The notes: generated by a model from the letters alone, not told the origin. A stretch of 64,000 bases of DNA from Vicinamibacteria bacterium (GCA_031392925.1 JANMVV010000009.1:7979-71978); one strand, 5' to 3'; shown: positions 19,756 to 29,356, counted from the first letter of the stretch. Numbers and translations: made by a program.

Positions 19756-19826
19756 CGCCGCCTCGAAACCCCTCCAAAAGAGGGGTTTCGAGGATAGTGT
19801 CCCTAAGATTTGAAGACCAGCAAGCC

Positions 19827-20561
19827 ATGTCAGACATCGTAGTCACCGCCGAAGCCCGCCCGCAGCGCGGAAAGAATGAAGCCAAGCGCCTCCGGGCCCG
19901 CGGCCGGATCCCCGCCGTCGTTTACGCTCCCGGCAAGGAGAACGTGTCGGTCAGCGTCTCCCCGCGCGAGCTCGCGGTGGTCTTCAAGACCGGCGCCGCC
20001 GAGAACACCCTCGTCGACCTCGAACTCGACGGCAAGAAGCGCAAGGTCATCCTGAAGGACTACCAGGTCCACCCGGTGCGCCCCGAGTTTCTCCACGCCG
20101 ACTTCTATGAGGTCGCTCTCGACAAACTGATTCAAGTCAAGGTTCACGTCGAGCTGCAGGGCGTGCCCGTGGGGGTCAAGACCCACGGCGGCATGCTCGA
20201 GTTCATCACTCGTGAAATCCTGGTCTCCTGCCTGCCCCTCGACATCCCGAAGAAGTTCGTGCTGGACATCTCGGCGATGGAGATCAACGGCGAAGTGCGC
20301 GTTTCCGCCGTGCCCATGCCCCCCAAGGTCAAGTCTCTGACCGACGGCGATCTGATCGTGGCTCAGGTCGTCACCAAGCACGAAGAGGAAGCCGTGGCCG
20401 CACCCGCGGAAGGTGTCGCGGTGGTCGCCGAACCCGAGGTCGCGAAAAAGGGCAAGGCTCCGACCGAGGCCGAGGCCGCTGCCGCGGCCAAGGCTGCTCC
20501 TGGCAAGGCGGCGGCTCCCGCCGCCCCCGCAGGAAAGGACGTCAAGAAAGACAAGAAATAG
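19827..20561 (+). CDS. rplY: 50S ribosomal protein L25 / general stress protein Ctc, with Ala/Lys-rich C-terminal tail
   Basis: Start trimmed to MSDIVVTAEARPQRGKNEAKRLRARGRIPAVVY (classic L25 N-terminus). The C-terminal 60 aa are a low-complexity A/K/E/P tail. Confidence 0.9.
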   Translation: MSDIVVTAEARPQRGKNEAKRLRARGRIPAVVYAPGKENVSVSVSPRELAVVFKTGAAENTLVDLELDGKKRKVILKDYQVHPVRPEFLHADFYEVALDKLIQVKVHVELQGVPVGVKTHGGMLEFITREILVSCLPLDIPKKFVLDISAMEINGEVRVSAVPMPPKVKSLTDGDLIVAQVVTKHEEEAVAAPAEGVAVVAEPEVAKKGKAPTEAEAAAAAKAAPGKAAAPAAPAGKDVKKDKK

Positions 20562-20567
20562 CGGCCT

Positions 20568-21146
20568 ATGCGCCTGATCGTTGGCCTAGGAAATCCGGGC
20601 GAGAAGTACCGGCGAACCCGGCACAACGCCGGGTTCATGGTGCTCGACGAACTGGCGCAGCGGCTGCCTCTGGGCGCGGTCGAACGCATCGACGACGCCT
20701 GGGCGGTGAAGACCGAGATCGCGGGCGAGCGGGTGGTGCTCGTGAAGCCGCAAAGCTTCATGAACCGCTCCGGACCCGTGGTGGAGGCGACCCTTCGCTA
20801 TTTCAACGTCGAGCCCGACCGGCTGGTCGTCATTTCCGACGACGTGGCCCTGCCGCTGGGGTCAATCCGGATCCGGGCGCGGGGCTCCCACGGCGGGCAG
20901 AACGGACTTCGGTCGATCATCGAGTCCATCGGTTCGGAGGAGTTCGCGAGGCTTCGCTTCGGCATCGGCTCCTCCGAACCGGTCCTGGACCTCGCGGGCT
21001 TTGTCCTCTCCGACTTCACCGATTCCGAGGTCCTGAGGGTCCAGGAAATGGTCTCCCGGGCCGCGGATGCGATCTCCGCCATCGTCGAACTCGGAGTCGA
21101 GGCCGCCATGAACAACTTCAACGGAGCGAAGGGCCAGCCCGAATAA
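20568..21146 (+). CDS. pth: peptidyl-tRNA hydrolase
   Basis: 192 aa. MRLIVGLGNPGEKYRRTRHNAGF matches the Pth N-terminal signature. Confidence 0.95.
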   Translation: MRLIVGLGNPGEKYRRTRHNAGFMVLDELAQRLPLGAVERIDDAWAVKTEIAGERVVLVKPQSFMNRSGPVVEATLRYFNVEPDRLVVISDDVALPLGSIRIRARGSHGGQNGLRSIIESIGSEEFARLRFGIGSSEPVLDLAGFVLSDFTDSEVLRVQEMVSRAADAISAIVELGVEAAMNNFNGAKGQPE

Positions 21147-21260
21147 CCGCCAGATCTTTGCTAGACTCACCGGCCGCACCAAAAACCGACACTCCTTGCT
21201 GCGAGTAGCCAGGCGCAAAAGCAGCTCTTTTCACTTGATCCATAAGGAGATCAGAAACAC

Positions 21261-21659
21261 GTGAGTCAAAGACAGTATGAGATTCTGTTCATCGCCGAAC
21301 AGAATCTCGGTGAACCCGAAGTCGATACCCTCACCGCAACGGTCAAGGGCTTTATCGAGAAGGAAAACGGAACCGTCGAGAAGGTGGAGAAGTGGGGCAA
21401 GAAGCGCCTCGCCTACCCGATCGGCAAGAACCGCGAAGGCAGCTACGTGCTGATGATCGCGAACGCGCCGGGCAGCTCGATCAGCGAAGTCGAGCGCCGC
21501 ATGCGCGTGACCGACGGGATCCTCCGCTTCCTGGCCATCCGCATCGACGCGGAGATGAAGAAGGCCGACCGCAAGAAGACGATCCGAGGCAAGAAGGAGT
21601 CGACCCGGCGCGCGAGCGTTCGTGAGAAGGACCGGGCCTTCGAGGGAGGTGCGCAATGA
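21261..21659 (+). CDS. rpsF: 30S ribosomal protein S6 (with basic C-terminal extension)
   Basis: 132 aa. GTG start preceded by AAGGAGAT RBS. YEILFI...GKKRLAYPI matches the S6 core. Confidence 0.9.
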   Translation: MSQRQYEILFIAEQNLGEPEVDTLTATVKGFIEKENGTVEKVEKWGKKRLAYPIGKNREGSYVLMIANAPGSSISEVERRMRVTDGILRFLAIRIDAEMKKADRKKTIRGKKESTRRASVREKDRAFEGGAQ

Positions 21660-21982
21660 GCGACATGGAAACGCCTGAATTCAGAGGCCGTGGTGGCGAA
21701 GGCCGGGGTCCCGGCGGCGAGCGCGGTGAACGTGGTGAACGCAAGGACAAGGAAAAGGGCAAGGGCGGTTTCTTCCGCCGGCGCAAGACCTGCAAGCTCT
21801 GTTCGGAGAAGGTCGACTACGTCGACTACAAGAACACCAAGCTCCTTCTCGCCTTCATCCCGGAGCGGGCCAAGATTCTGCCTCGGCGGATGTTCGGAAC
21901 CTGCGCGCCGTGCCAGCGCAAGGTCCGCACCGCCATCCTGCGGGCGCGTCAGATGGCGCTCATTCCGTACTCGACCGAGTAG
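21656..21982 (+). CDS. rpsR: 30S ribosomal protein S18 (with long Arg/Gly/Glu-rich N-terminal extension)
   Basis: 108 aa. RRRKTCKLCSEKVDYVDYKNTKLL...RRMFGTCAPCQRKVRTAILRARQMALIPY is the S18 core. About 35 extra N-terminal residues. 4-nt overlap with rpsF. Confidence 0.9.
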   Translation: MSDMETPEFRGRGGEGRGPGGERGERGERKDKEKGKGGFFRRRKTCKLCSEKVDYVDYKNTKLLLAFIPERAKILPRRMFGTCAPCQRKVRTAILRARQMALIPYSTE

Positions 21983-22004
21983 TCGATCGGGAATCGCGCG
22001 GGAA

Positions 22005-22956
22005 CTTGAACGTCCCGGTGGTAGCACCGTCGCCCACCCTGCTGGCGGTCTTCGCGGGCTCGATGGCGGGAGTCCTCTTTCTCCTGCCTCGGCTCGCGCA
22101 GAGCGCCCCCTTTCTGGCCCTTCCCCTGAGCGTCGCCGGTCTGTTCTCGGCGGCGCCCCTTCTGACCGTGCGGATCTCAGGGCGCCGGTTGCATGCCTTC
22201 ACCGCCCTCGCGACCGCCCTCCTGCTCATCTCCTTGATCGAATCCACTGAAAGCGCGATCGGTTTCGCCGTCCTCTTCGGGCTGTGGGCCCTGGTGGCGG
22301 GCGAAGTGCTGGCTCGCCGCCGAAGCGTCATCGCGGCCTCCGTGGCCGGCCTCGTCGTCCTCTCGATCGAAGCGCTTCTCGCCGGATTCGCGGAGGGCAC
22401 GGCGCCCATCGAAGCCACCCTCCGCACGCCGCAGGTGCAGGGGTCCTTCGACCAGTGGGCGGCGCAGGCCGAGCTCGAACCGGCCGAGGCGAAGGCCGCG
22501 ATCGAGCGCGTGCGGGCGGGCATCGTGGCGCTCTACCCGGCGCTCTCCGTGATTTCCGCGATGACCATCGTCGCCCTCAACGCCATCGTCCTCGGACGGC
22601 TCGCGCAAAAAAAGGGCGCCGGCACTTTCCCGAAGGGCGAGTTGCTCGGGCTCCGCTGGCCCCTGTCCCTGGTCGTGGGTTTCGTGGCCTCGGGCGCGCT
22701 GCTGCTCGTGCCCGAGGTGCAGCAGGTCGGCTGGAACGGCCTGGTGGTGACTCTGTTCCTGTTCCTGCTCCAGGGCCTGTCCGTCCTGACCTTCGCCCTC
22801 ACCCGCCTCTTCTCGAGCGGGCTGATGCGGGCGATGTTCCTGGTGACCTCGCTCCTCGGTCCCTGGGCGATCCTGCTTTCTCTCCTCGGCCTCTTCGATC
22901 AGTGGTTCGATTTTCGGAGCCGCTTCACCAGCGTCGAAACACCGGCCGCCCCCTAA
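22005..22956 (+). CDS. polytopic membrane protein, DUF2232/YybS-like (tentative)
   Basis: Multi-TM ORF between rpsR and rplI, where Firmicutes carry the DUF2232 protein YybS. Start is uncertain (TTG/GTG candidates at about 22005-22017); the ORF-track ATG at 21910 lies inside rpsR. Confidence 0.45.
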
Positions 22957-22992
22957 TTCTTCTGTAAATTCACTTTTGAGGTAACAAAGACA

Positions 22993-23439
22993 ATGGAAGT
23001 CATTCTTCGCGAAGACTGGGAATCCCTCGGACGCCGTGGCGATGTCGTCAAGGTGGCCGAAGGGTACGCCCGCAATTTTCTTCTCCCCCACGGCAAGGCC
23101 CTCGCGGTCACCCCCCAGAACAAGGCGCGCATCGAGAAGGAGCGCAAGGACAACGCGATCAAGGCCGCCAAGGAAAAGGCGGTCTTCGAGGAACTGGGCA
23201 AGAAGATCGACGGCATGCGCTTCGTGGTTCCGCGGCGCGTGGCCGAGGGCGACAACCTCTACGGCTCGGTGACCTCCAACGACATCGCCGATCTGCTCAA
23301 GGCCAAGGGCTTCGAAGTCGAGAAGCGCAAGGTGTCCCTGGAAGAGCCCATCAAGAAGCTCGGGGAGCACACGGTCAAGGTCCGTCTCCATCCGGAAGTC
23401 GAGACCACCATCCGTCTCCTCGTCACCAAGGAGGCGTAG
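22993..23439 (+). CDS. rplI: 50S ribosomal protein L9
   Basis: 148 aa. MEVILREDWESLGRRGDVVKVAEGYARNFLLPHGKA matches the L9 N-domain. Confidence 0.95.
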   Translation: MEVILREDWESLGRRGDVVKVAEGYARNFLLPHGKALAVTPQNKARIEKERKDNAIKAAKEKAVFEELGKKIDGMRFVVPRRVAEGDNLYGSVTSNDIADLLKAKGFEVEKRKVSLEEPIKKLGEHTVKVRLHPEVETTIRLLVTKEA

Positions 23440-23477
23440 TCTCGCTCAGATGAAGGGCGTCCTCACCGGCGCCCTCA

Positions 23478-24902
23478 TTGGGGAGGAGAGCGTCGACCAT
23501 GGCGACCACGGCGTTTTCGAGCGCGAGCGCGCCCCCGGGGGCTTCGGGCGAACGCTCGCTTCCGCATAACGCCGACGCCGAGCGCACCGTCCTCGGCGCG
23601 ATTCTGGTTGACAACCAGGCCTTCAACTCCGCCGCGGAGATACTGACCCGGGACGACTTCTACCGGGATGCCCATCGACGCATCTTCGAGGCCATGGCGA
23701 CACTCGCGGAGAAGAGCGAGCCGATCGACCTCGTCACTCTCAAGAACGAACTCACCCGCACCCAGAGCCTCGACGCCGCGGGCGGCGTCGCCTACCTCGC
23801 CGGCCTCGTAGAAGGCGTTCCCCGGCTCGAGAACGTCCTTCCCTGGAGCCGAATCATCCGCGAGGCCTCCGTCCTGCGGAATCTGATTCACGCCGCCGCG
23901 CGGATCGCCCAGGAAGCGAACGACGCGCAGGAGTCGGCCGACTCCATCCTCGACCGCGCCGAACAGGCCATCTTCGCGATCGCCGAACGCAAGATTCGCG
24001 CCGGGCTCGTTCCGGTCAAGGACTTCATCAAGACCACGTTCGAGTCGATCGAGAAGCTGTCCCAGTCGAAGGACGCGATCACCGGCGTCCCCACCGGCTT
24101 CATCGACCTCGACCGCATGACCAGCGGTTTTCAGAAGGGCGACCTCATCATTCTCGCGGCCCGCCCGTCGATGGGAAAGACCTCGCTTGCCCTCAACATC
24201 GCGCGCACCGCGGCCCAGGCGACCGCCGAACCCGTGGCCATCTTCTCGCTCGAAATGTCGAAGGAACAGCTGGTCAAGCGACTGATCTTCGCGGAGGCGC
24301 GCATCGAATCAAGCCTCGTCACCCGGGGCCAGTTGCGCGATTCGGACTGGGGAAAGCTCACCACCGCTTGGGCCGACCTCCACAAGCTGCCCCTCTTCAT
24401 CGACGACGCGTCGTTCCTGACGCCCCTGGAGCTTCGCGCCAAGTGTCGCCGTCTCAAGGCGGAACATGGACTTGGGCTCATCGTGGTCGACTACCTTCAG
24501 CTCATGGGCTCGGGCGGTCGCGTGGAGAACCGGCAGCAGGAAATTTCCTCGATCAGCCGGTCGCTCAAGGGCCTCGCCAAGGAACTCGAAGTGCCGGTTC
24601 TCGCACTCTCCCAGCTCTCGCGCGCTCCGGAAGCTCGCACCGACCGGCGGCCTCAGCTCTCGGACCTGCGTGAATCGGGCGCGATCGAGCAGGACGCCGA
24701 TGTGGTCATGTTCATCTACCGCGACTCGGTCTACCGACCCACCGAAGAGAATCGCGGCTCCGCCGAATTGATCATCGCCAAGCAGCGCAACGGGCCGACC
24801 GACACCGTGAACCTGGTTTTCCTGCGCGAGTTCACGCGCTTCGAAAACCGCGCGCCCGAGGACTACTCCTCCGGTTTCCGCGGCGGCGATTCCGGCTACT
24901 GA
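23478..24902 (+). CDS. dnaB: replicative DNA helicase
   Basis: 474 aa. ERTVLGAIL N-terminal motif, Walker A ARPSMGKTSLALNIA, and DnaB C-terminal motifs. Confidence 0.95.
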   Translation: MGRRASTMATTAFSSASAPPGASGERSLPHNADAERTVLGAILVDNQAFNSAAEILTRDDFYRDAHRRIFEAMATLAEKSEPIDLVTLKNELTRTQSLDAAGGVAYLAGLVEGVPRLENVLPWSRIIREASVLRNLIHAAARIAQEANDAQESADSILDRAEQAIFAIAERKIRAGLVPVKDFIKTTFESIEKLSQSKDAITGVPTGFIDLDRMTSGFQKGDLIILAARPSMGKTSLALNIARTAAQATAEPVAIFSLEMSKEQLVKRLIFAEARIESSLVTRGQLRDSDWGKLTTAWADLHKLPLFIDDASFLTPLELRAKCRRLKAEHGLGLIVVDYLQLMGSGGRVENRQQEISSISRSLKGLAKELEVPVLALSQLSRAPEARTDRRPQLSDLRESGAIEQDADVVMFIYRDSVYRPTEENRGSAELIIAKQRNGPTDTVNLVFLREFTRFENRAPEDYSSGFRGGDSGY

Positions 24903-24923
24903 CGCTCGGCCTCTCATCTCTCC

Positions 24924-26075
24924 ATGAGCGAGGCCCCCCTGTCTCACCACCCCGCAACGGCGTGGGTGAATCTCGATCGGATCCGCGACAACTTCAAAGC
25001 CCTCCGCAGCCACGCCGGCGCACGCTCGATCATTCCGGTTCTCAAGGCGAACGGATACGGGCATGGTGCTATCGAAGTGGCTCGCACTCTCGATCCGCTG
25101 GGTGTCTCGATGTTCGCAGTGGCCTACGTGGATGAAGGCGTCGCCTTGCGGCAGGCCGGCATCACGACACCCATCCTGGTCCTGACCGGTTTCGCGCCGG
25201 AACAGGTCGAGGCGCTCTTCAAGTTTCGTCTGACCCCGGCGATTTCCACCCGCGAGCAGGTGGGCGCCCTCCAAGCCCTCCCGTACGACGAGAATCGAGC
25301 GCCTCTCGCCGTGCATGTGAAGGTCGACACCGGGATGTCGCGACTCGGCTTTCGCATTCAGGAGATCGAGCCCGCGATTCACCGGCTCGAAGACGCCGAA
25401 GGGATCCGCATCGAGGGTCTGATGACCCACCTGGCCTCCGCGGACGAGGACGAAATCTTCACCACGAGACAGCTCGACCTCTTCGACGAAGCGATCATGC
25501 GGCTCGAAACCCTGGGAGTGAGGCCCGCGCTCATCCACGCCGCCAACAGCGCGGGGATGGCGTTCACGCGGCAGACCCACACCGCGGTCCGACCCGGCCT
25601 GCTTCTTTACGGAGTGGCCCCGCGGCCCCTCTCCCCCGTGGTCGCGGTGAAGCCGGCCATGGAGTTGCGCGCGCGTGTGGCGCTGGTGAAGAAGGTCAGC
25701 GCGGGCACGCCGGTGAGTTACGGCGGAAGATTCGTGGCGACCAGGGACACTCTCATCGCCACGATCAACGCGGGCTACGCAGACGGCATCCCGAGGACAG
25801 AAACGATGCGGACGAAGGGCGCGCTTAAGCACGGCCAGAACGCGCTGCCCGTCGTGGGAACGGTCTGCATGGATCTCACCATGCTCGACGCCACCGACGC
25901 CTCGAGCCTCACCGCGGGCGACGAAGTGACGGTGTTCGGAGACGCTCCCACCGCGTGGGACCTCGCCGAGTGGGCGGGCACCAACGCCTGGCAGATCCTC
26001 ACCGGCGTGGGCTCCCGCGTGCCCCGGCGGTATACCATGCATGGCGAGGTCGTGGAACCGATCTCAAAGGGCTGA
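24924..26075 (+). CDS. alr: alanine racemase
   Basis: 383 aa. PLP-lysine motif VLKANGYGHG. Conserved dnaB-alr adjacency. Confidence 0.9.
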   Translation: MSEAPLSHHPATAWVNLDRIRDNFKALRSHAGARSIIPVLKANGYGHGAIEVARTLDPLGVSMFAVAYVDEGVALRQAGITTPILVLTGFAPEQVEALFKFRLTPAISTREQVGALQALPYDENRAPLAVHVKVDTGMSRLGFRIQEIEPAIHRLEDAEGIRIEGLMTHLASADEDEIFTTRQLDLFDEAIMRLETLGVRPALIHAANSAGMAFTRQTHTAVRPGLLLYGVAPRPLSPVVAVKPAMELRARVALVKKVSAGTPVSYGGRFVATRDTLIATINAGYADGIPRTETMRTKGALKHGQNALPVVGTVCMDLTMLDATDASSLTAGDEVTVFGDAPTAWDLAEWAGTNAWQILTGVGSRVPRRYTMHGEVVEPISKG

Positions 26076-26104
26076 AGCCACGTCGCATGAGCTGCTCGCG
26101 GGCT

Positions 26105-26306
26105 GGGTAGTGGTGGGAGGGGGTTGCTTCGTCGCAAGTACCAACGGAATGGCTCCTCGCAATGACGTAGGGAAAAACAGCCGATAGTGGGGAAGGCCTG
26201 CGGGCCGACAGCCGGAGACCCTATTGGGTCTTTTTCCCAACGTCATTGCGAGGAGCTATTCCGTTGGCGATGCGACGAAGCAACCCCCTCCCACCACTAC
26301 CAACCC
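26105..26306. repeat. about 200-bp near-perfect long palindrome (arms about 63 bp, spacer about 73 bp); repeat element
   Basis: Left arm 26105-26167 GGGTAGTGGTGGGAGGGGGTTGCTTCG...CCTCGCAATGACG. Its reverse complement recurs at 26241-26306 with about 56/60 identity. The spacer is itself partly self-complementary. A related single arm is at 46004-46063. Confidence 0.6.
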
Positions 26307-26376
26307 ATGTATCGCGGACTTACGCAAGACACTGGCGGCCCGCGATCGCGCGCGAGTTATCGTGTACCCACCGCGC

Positions 26377-28233
26377 ATGCTCCAACCCTCCCGTCTCCTC
26401 CGGCTGAGCCTCGTGGGCGCATCGGCCCTGCTGCTTCAGGCCTGCGGGGAATCGATCGTGAACGAGGGCCGACCCGGAGCCAGCATCATCGTGCCCGCGG
26501 GCGCTCCGGTCGAGGTCATGCGGGCGGCGAAGGAGCTCCAGACCTACGTCTTCAAGACCTCAGGGGCGGAACTCGCGATCCGGACCGACGACGCGCCGCG
26601 AACCGAGCGGGTGGAGATTCGCCTCGCGGTCACTCCGATCGGGATCACCGCGGGTGGAGATCCGACGACCCAGCTCGTGCACCAGGACGGTTACACGATT
26701 CAGAGCACCGGCCGGATGATCACGATCATGGGCGGCTCGCCCCGCGGGACGCTCTATGGCGTCTACGACTTCGTCGAACGTGTGCTCGGCGTGCGCTGGT
26801 TCATGCCCACCGATCTCGGCGAGGACCTCCTCCCCGCGAGGACGATCCTGGTCCCGGAACTGAACGTGGTGAAGAACCCCGCATTCCCGTCGGTGAGCGG
26901 CTTCACCTGGGCGGGAAGCCCGGGAGCCGAGGACTGGGAGCTCCGGTCGCGGGTTCGTGTCGGCAAGGCGGTGAGCTTCGGTCACAACTGGTACAACATC
27001 CACCGGTACTCCAGGGAAACTTTCGACAAGGACCCCGAGATGTTCGCCATGGTCGGGGGCAAGCGCGGGTACAGCAGCCAGTTGTGCACGGGCAACCCCA
27101 ACGTGGTCAAAGTCACGGCGGAGGCGGCTCGCCGCTACTTCACGGAGAATCCCGATGCGCCGCTTTTCTCCATCAGCCCCAACGACGGAAACGGCTGGTG
27201 CGAATGCGACCGGTGCCGGAAGATCGATGAGTTGTACGGCATCACCGACGGCAGCCTCGCCGATCGTTTCGTTCATTATGCCAACGAGGTTCTGAAAGAC
27301 CTCGAAAAATCCCATCCGGACAAGAGGGTCGGGATCTACGCCTACGCCGAGCACACCGTTCCCCCGAAGAAAGCGAAACCGCGACCCAACTACGAGACCG
27401 CGCTCACCCACCAGCCGTGGGCCTTTTGCCACGTGCACGCGATCGAGGATCCGTCATGTCCGGCGAACCGCGAGTTCCTCAGTTACCTCAAAGGCTGGCT
27501 GGCGCTCACGCGACACGTGGGCGTCTACGAGTACTACGGCCACTTCTTCGCCTTCACCCCCTGGCCCATCGTCCATTCGATCCGCCGCGACATTCCCCTC
27601 TTCAAGAAGCTCGGGGTGGAGCGGTTCATCAGCGAGACCCAGCAGAACTGGGCCAACCAGGGGATCAACTTCTACGTGGCCGCAAAACTCGTGGAGGACC
27701 CGGCCCGCGATGTCGACGCCCTCCTCGGCGAGTACTTCTGGCGGTTCTACGGCAAGGCCAGGGATCCGATGCGCCGCTACTTCGATTTGTGGGAGGACGC
27801 GATGCTGCAGACCGCCGCGGCCGGCGATCGCGGCTACGCCTGGCAGTCGATGTTCACACCTGCGCTGGTTTCGGAGGCGGGCCTGCTCCTGAAGCAGGCC
27901 GAGGCCCTCGCCAAGGCCGACACGGTGAAGGTCCAGGCCCGGGTGGCGTTCGCGCGCACGGGCTTCGGCTACACCGAGGCCTACACGCAGATGCTGGAGG
28001 CGACGCGTCGAAACGATCGGGCCGCGGTCCTCTCGTGGTCGGAAGAGGCGCAGAAGCGGATCAAGGCCACCGAAGGCTCGGCCCCGCAGGCCTTCTTCGT
28101 CTCTCTCGCGATCGACCAGACCCGCTATATCGCCAACAACATCCTCGCGCGGGGGGTGCTGCCCTGGGTGGCGCTCAAGCCGGTTCCCTTCCCGACCGCC
28201 ACCAAGACGCCCGGCCCGCCTACCATTCCTTGA
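26377..28233 (+). CDS. DUF4838-like lipoprotein, putative glycoside-hydrolase-like
   Basis: Start trimmed to MLQPSRLLRLSLVGASALLLQACG (lipobox LQAC). Conserved Cys cluster NDGNGWCECDRC. The DUF4838 assignment is from memory and tentative. Confidence 0.5.
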   Translation: MLQPSRLLRLSLVGASALLLQACGESIVNEGRPGASIIVPAGAPVEVMRAAKELQTYVFKTSGAELAIRTDDAPRTERVEIRLAVTPIGITAGGDPTTQLVHQDGYTIQSTGRMITIMGGSPRGTLYGVYDFVERVLGVRWFMPTDLGEDLLPARTILVPELNVVKNPAFPSVSGFTWAGSPGAEDWELRSRVRVGKAVSFGHNWYNIHRYSRETFDKDPEMFAMVGGKRGYSSQLCTGNPNVVKVTAEAARRYFTENPDAPLFSISPNDGNGWCECDRCRKIDELYGITDGSLADRFVHYANEVLKDLEKSHPDKRVGIYAYAEHTVPPKKAKPRPNYETALTHQPWAFCHVHAIEDPSCPANREFLSYLKGWLALTRHVGVYEYYGHFFAFTPWPIVHSIRRDIPLFKKLGVERFISETQQNWANQGINFYVAAKLVEDPARDVDALLGEYFWRFYGKARDPMRRYFDLWEDAMLQTAAAGDRGYAWQSMFTPALVSEAGLLLKQAEALAKADTVKVQARVAFARTGFGYTEAYTQMLEATRRNDRAAVLSWSEEAQKRIKATEGSAPQAFFVSLAIDQTRYIANNILARGVLPWVALKPVPFPTATKTPGPPTIP

Positions 28234-29356
28234 TGATGTTGAAGACGGTGTCGCGCTCCACGGGGCGACGGCCAGCTTCACGGATCAGGCGGCACAACTC
28301 GTCGACGGACAGCGACTGAGACGTGGGCGCGCCCGCATCATGGGCTACCTTCTCTTCGGTCACGGTGCCGTCGAGATCGTCGGCCCCGAACGACAGGCCG
28401 ATCTGGGCCACGCGCGGGCCGATCATGATCCAGTAGGACTTGATATGCGGGATGTTGTCGAGCATCAGCCGCGCCACCGCGATCGCCTTCAGGTCCTCGA
28501 AGCCGGTGGTCTCCGGCAGTTTCATGGAAGGCGCTTCCCAGGGCTGGAAGGCGAGGGGGATGAAGGTGACGAAACCGTTCGTCTCGTCCTGCAGCTCGCG
28601 CAGGCGGATCAGATGATCGACCCGGTCCTCGATGGTCTCGATATGGCCGTACAGCATCGTGCAGTTGCTGGGGATGCCCAGCTTGTGCGCCTGGCGGGCG
28701 ACGTCGAGCCACTGCTCGCCCGTGGCCTTGCCCTTGATGATCTTGTTGCGGGTTTCCTGGTTGAAGATCTCAGCGCCTCCTCCGGGCATCGAGTCCATCC
28801 CCGCTTCCTTGAGGGTCTGGAGGATTTCCACCACGGACTTCCGGTAGAGCTTGCTGAAGAAGAAGATCTCGACCGCAGTGAAGGCCTTCACGTGAATGTC
28901 GGGGCGGATCCGCTTGATCCCCTTCAGCATGTCGGTGAAGTACTGGAGGGGCAGGTCGGGATGGAGGCCGCCGACGATATGCACTTCCCGGCAGGCTAAG
29001 GGCTGCTTCGCGACATCGGCGAAGACCTGGTCGAGGGACATCGTGTAAGCGCGGGGCTCGCCCGTCTTCGCGGCGAAGGCGCAGAAGTCGCAGGTCGCCG
29101 CGCACACGTTGGTGTGGTTGATGTGGGTGTTGCAGACGAAATACGCCACGTCGCCGTGCTTCGTCTCGCGCACGTGGTTCGCGAGCCGTCCGAGACCGAG
29201 CAGGTCGTTGGTGCGATAGAGCGCGACGCCGTCGTCGAACGAGAGGCGCTTGCCCGCGCGAACCTTCGCGCGGATCGACTCGAGCGACGAGTCGTTCATC
29301 GGGAAGCTTTCGAGCACGGAAGGGACAGCCACGGCTGAGGCGTTCATTCCTGCCAT
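28220..29356 (-). CDS. radical SAM enzyme, futalosine-pathway MqnC/MqnE (or CofH) family
   Basis: Start trimmed to MAGMNASA. CAATCDFCAF is a CxxxCxxC radical-SAM cluster motif. Length and C-terminal region are typical of MqnC/MqnE/CofH-type enzymes. Confidence 0.6.
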   Translation of the reverse strand: MAGMNASAVAVPSVLESFPMNDSSLESIRAKVRAGKRLSFDDGVALYRTNDLLGLGRLANHVRETKHGDVAYFVCNTHINHTNVCAATCDFCAFAAKTGEPRAYTMSLDQVFADVAKQPLACREVHIVGGLHPDLPLQYFTDMLKGIKRIRPDIHVKAFTAVEIFFFSKLYRKSVVEILQTLKEAGMDSMPGGGAEIFNQETRNKIIKGKATGEQWLDVARQAHKLGIPSNCTMLYGHIETIEDRVDHLIRLRELQDETNGFVTFIPLAFQPWEAPSMKLPETTGFEDLKAIAVARLMLDNIPHIKSYWIMIGPRVAQIGLSFGADDLDGTVTEEKVAHDAGAPTSQSLSVDELCRLIREAGRRPVERDTVFNIIKEW

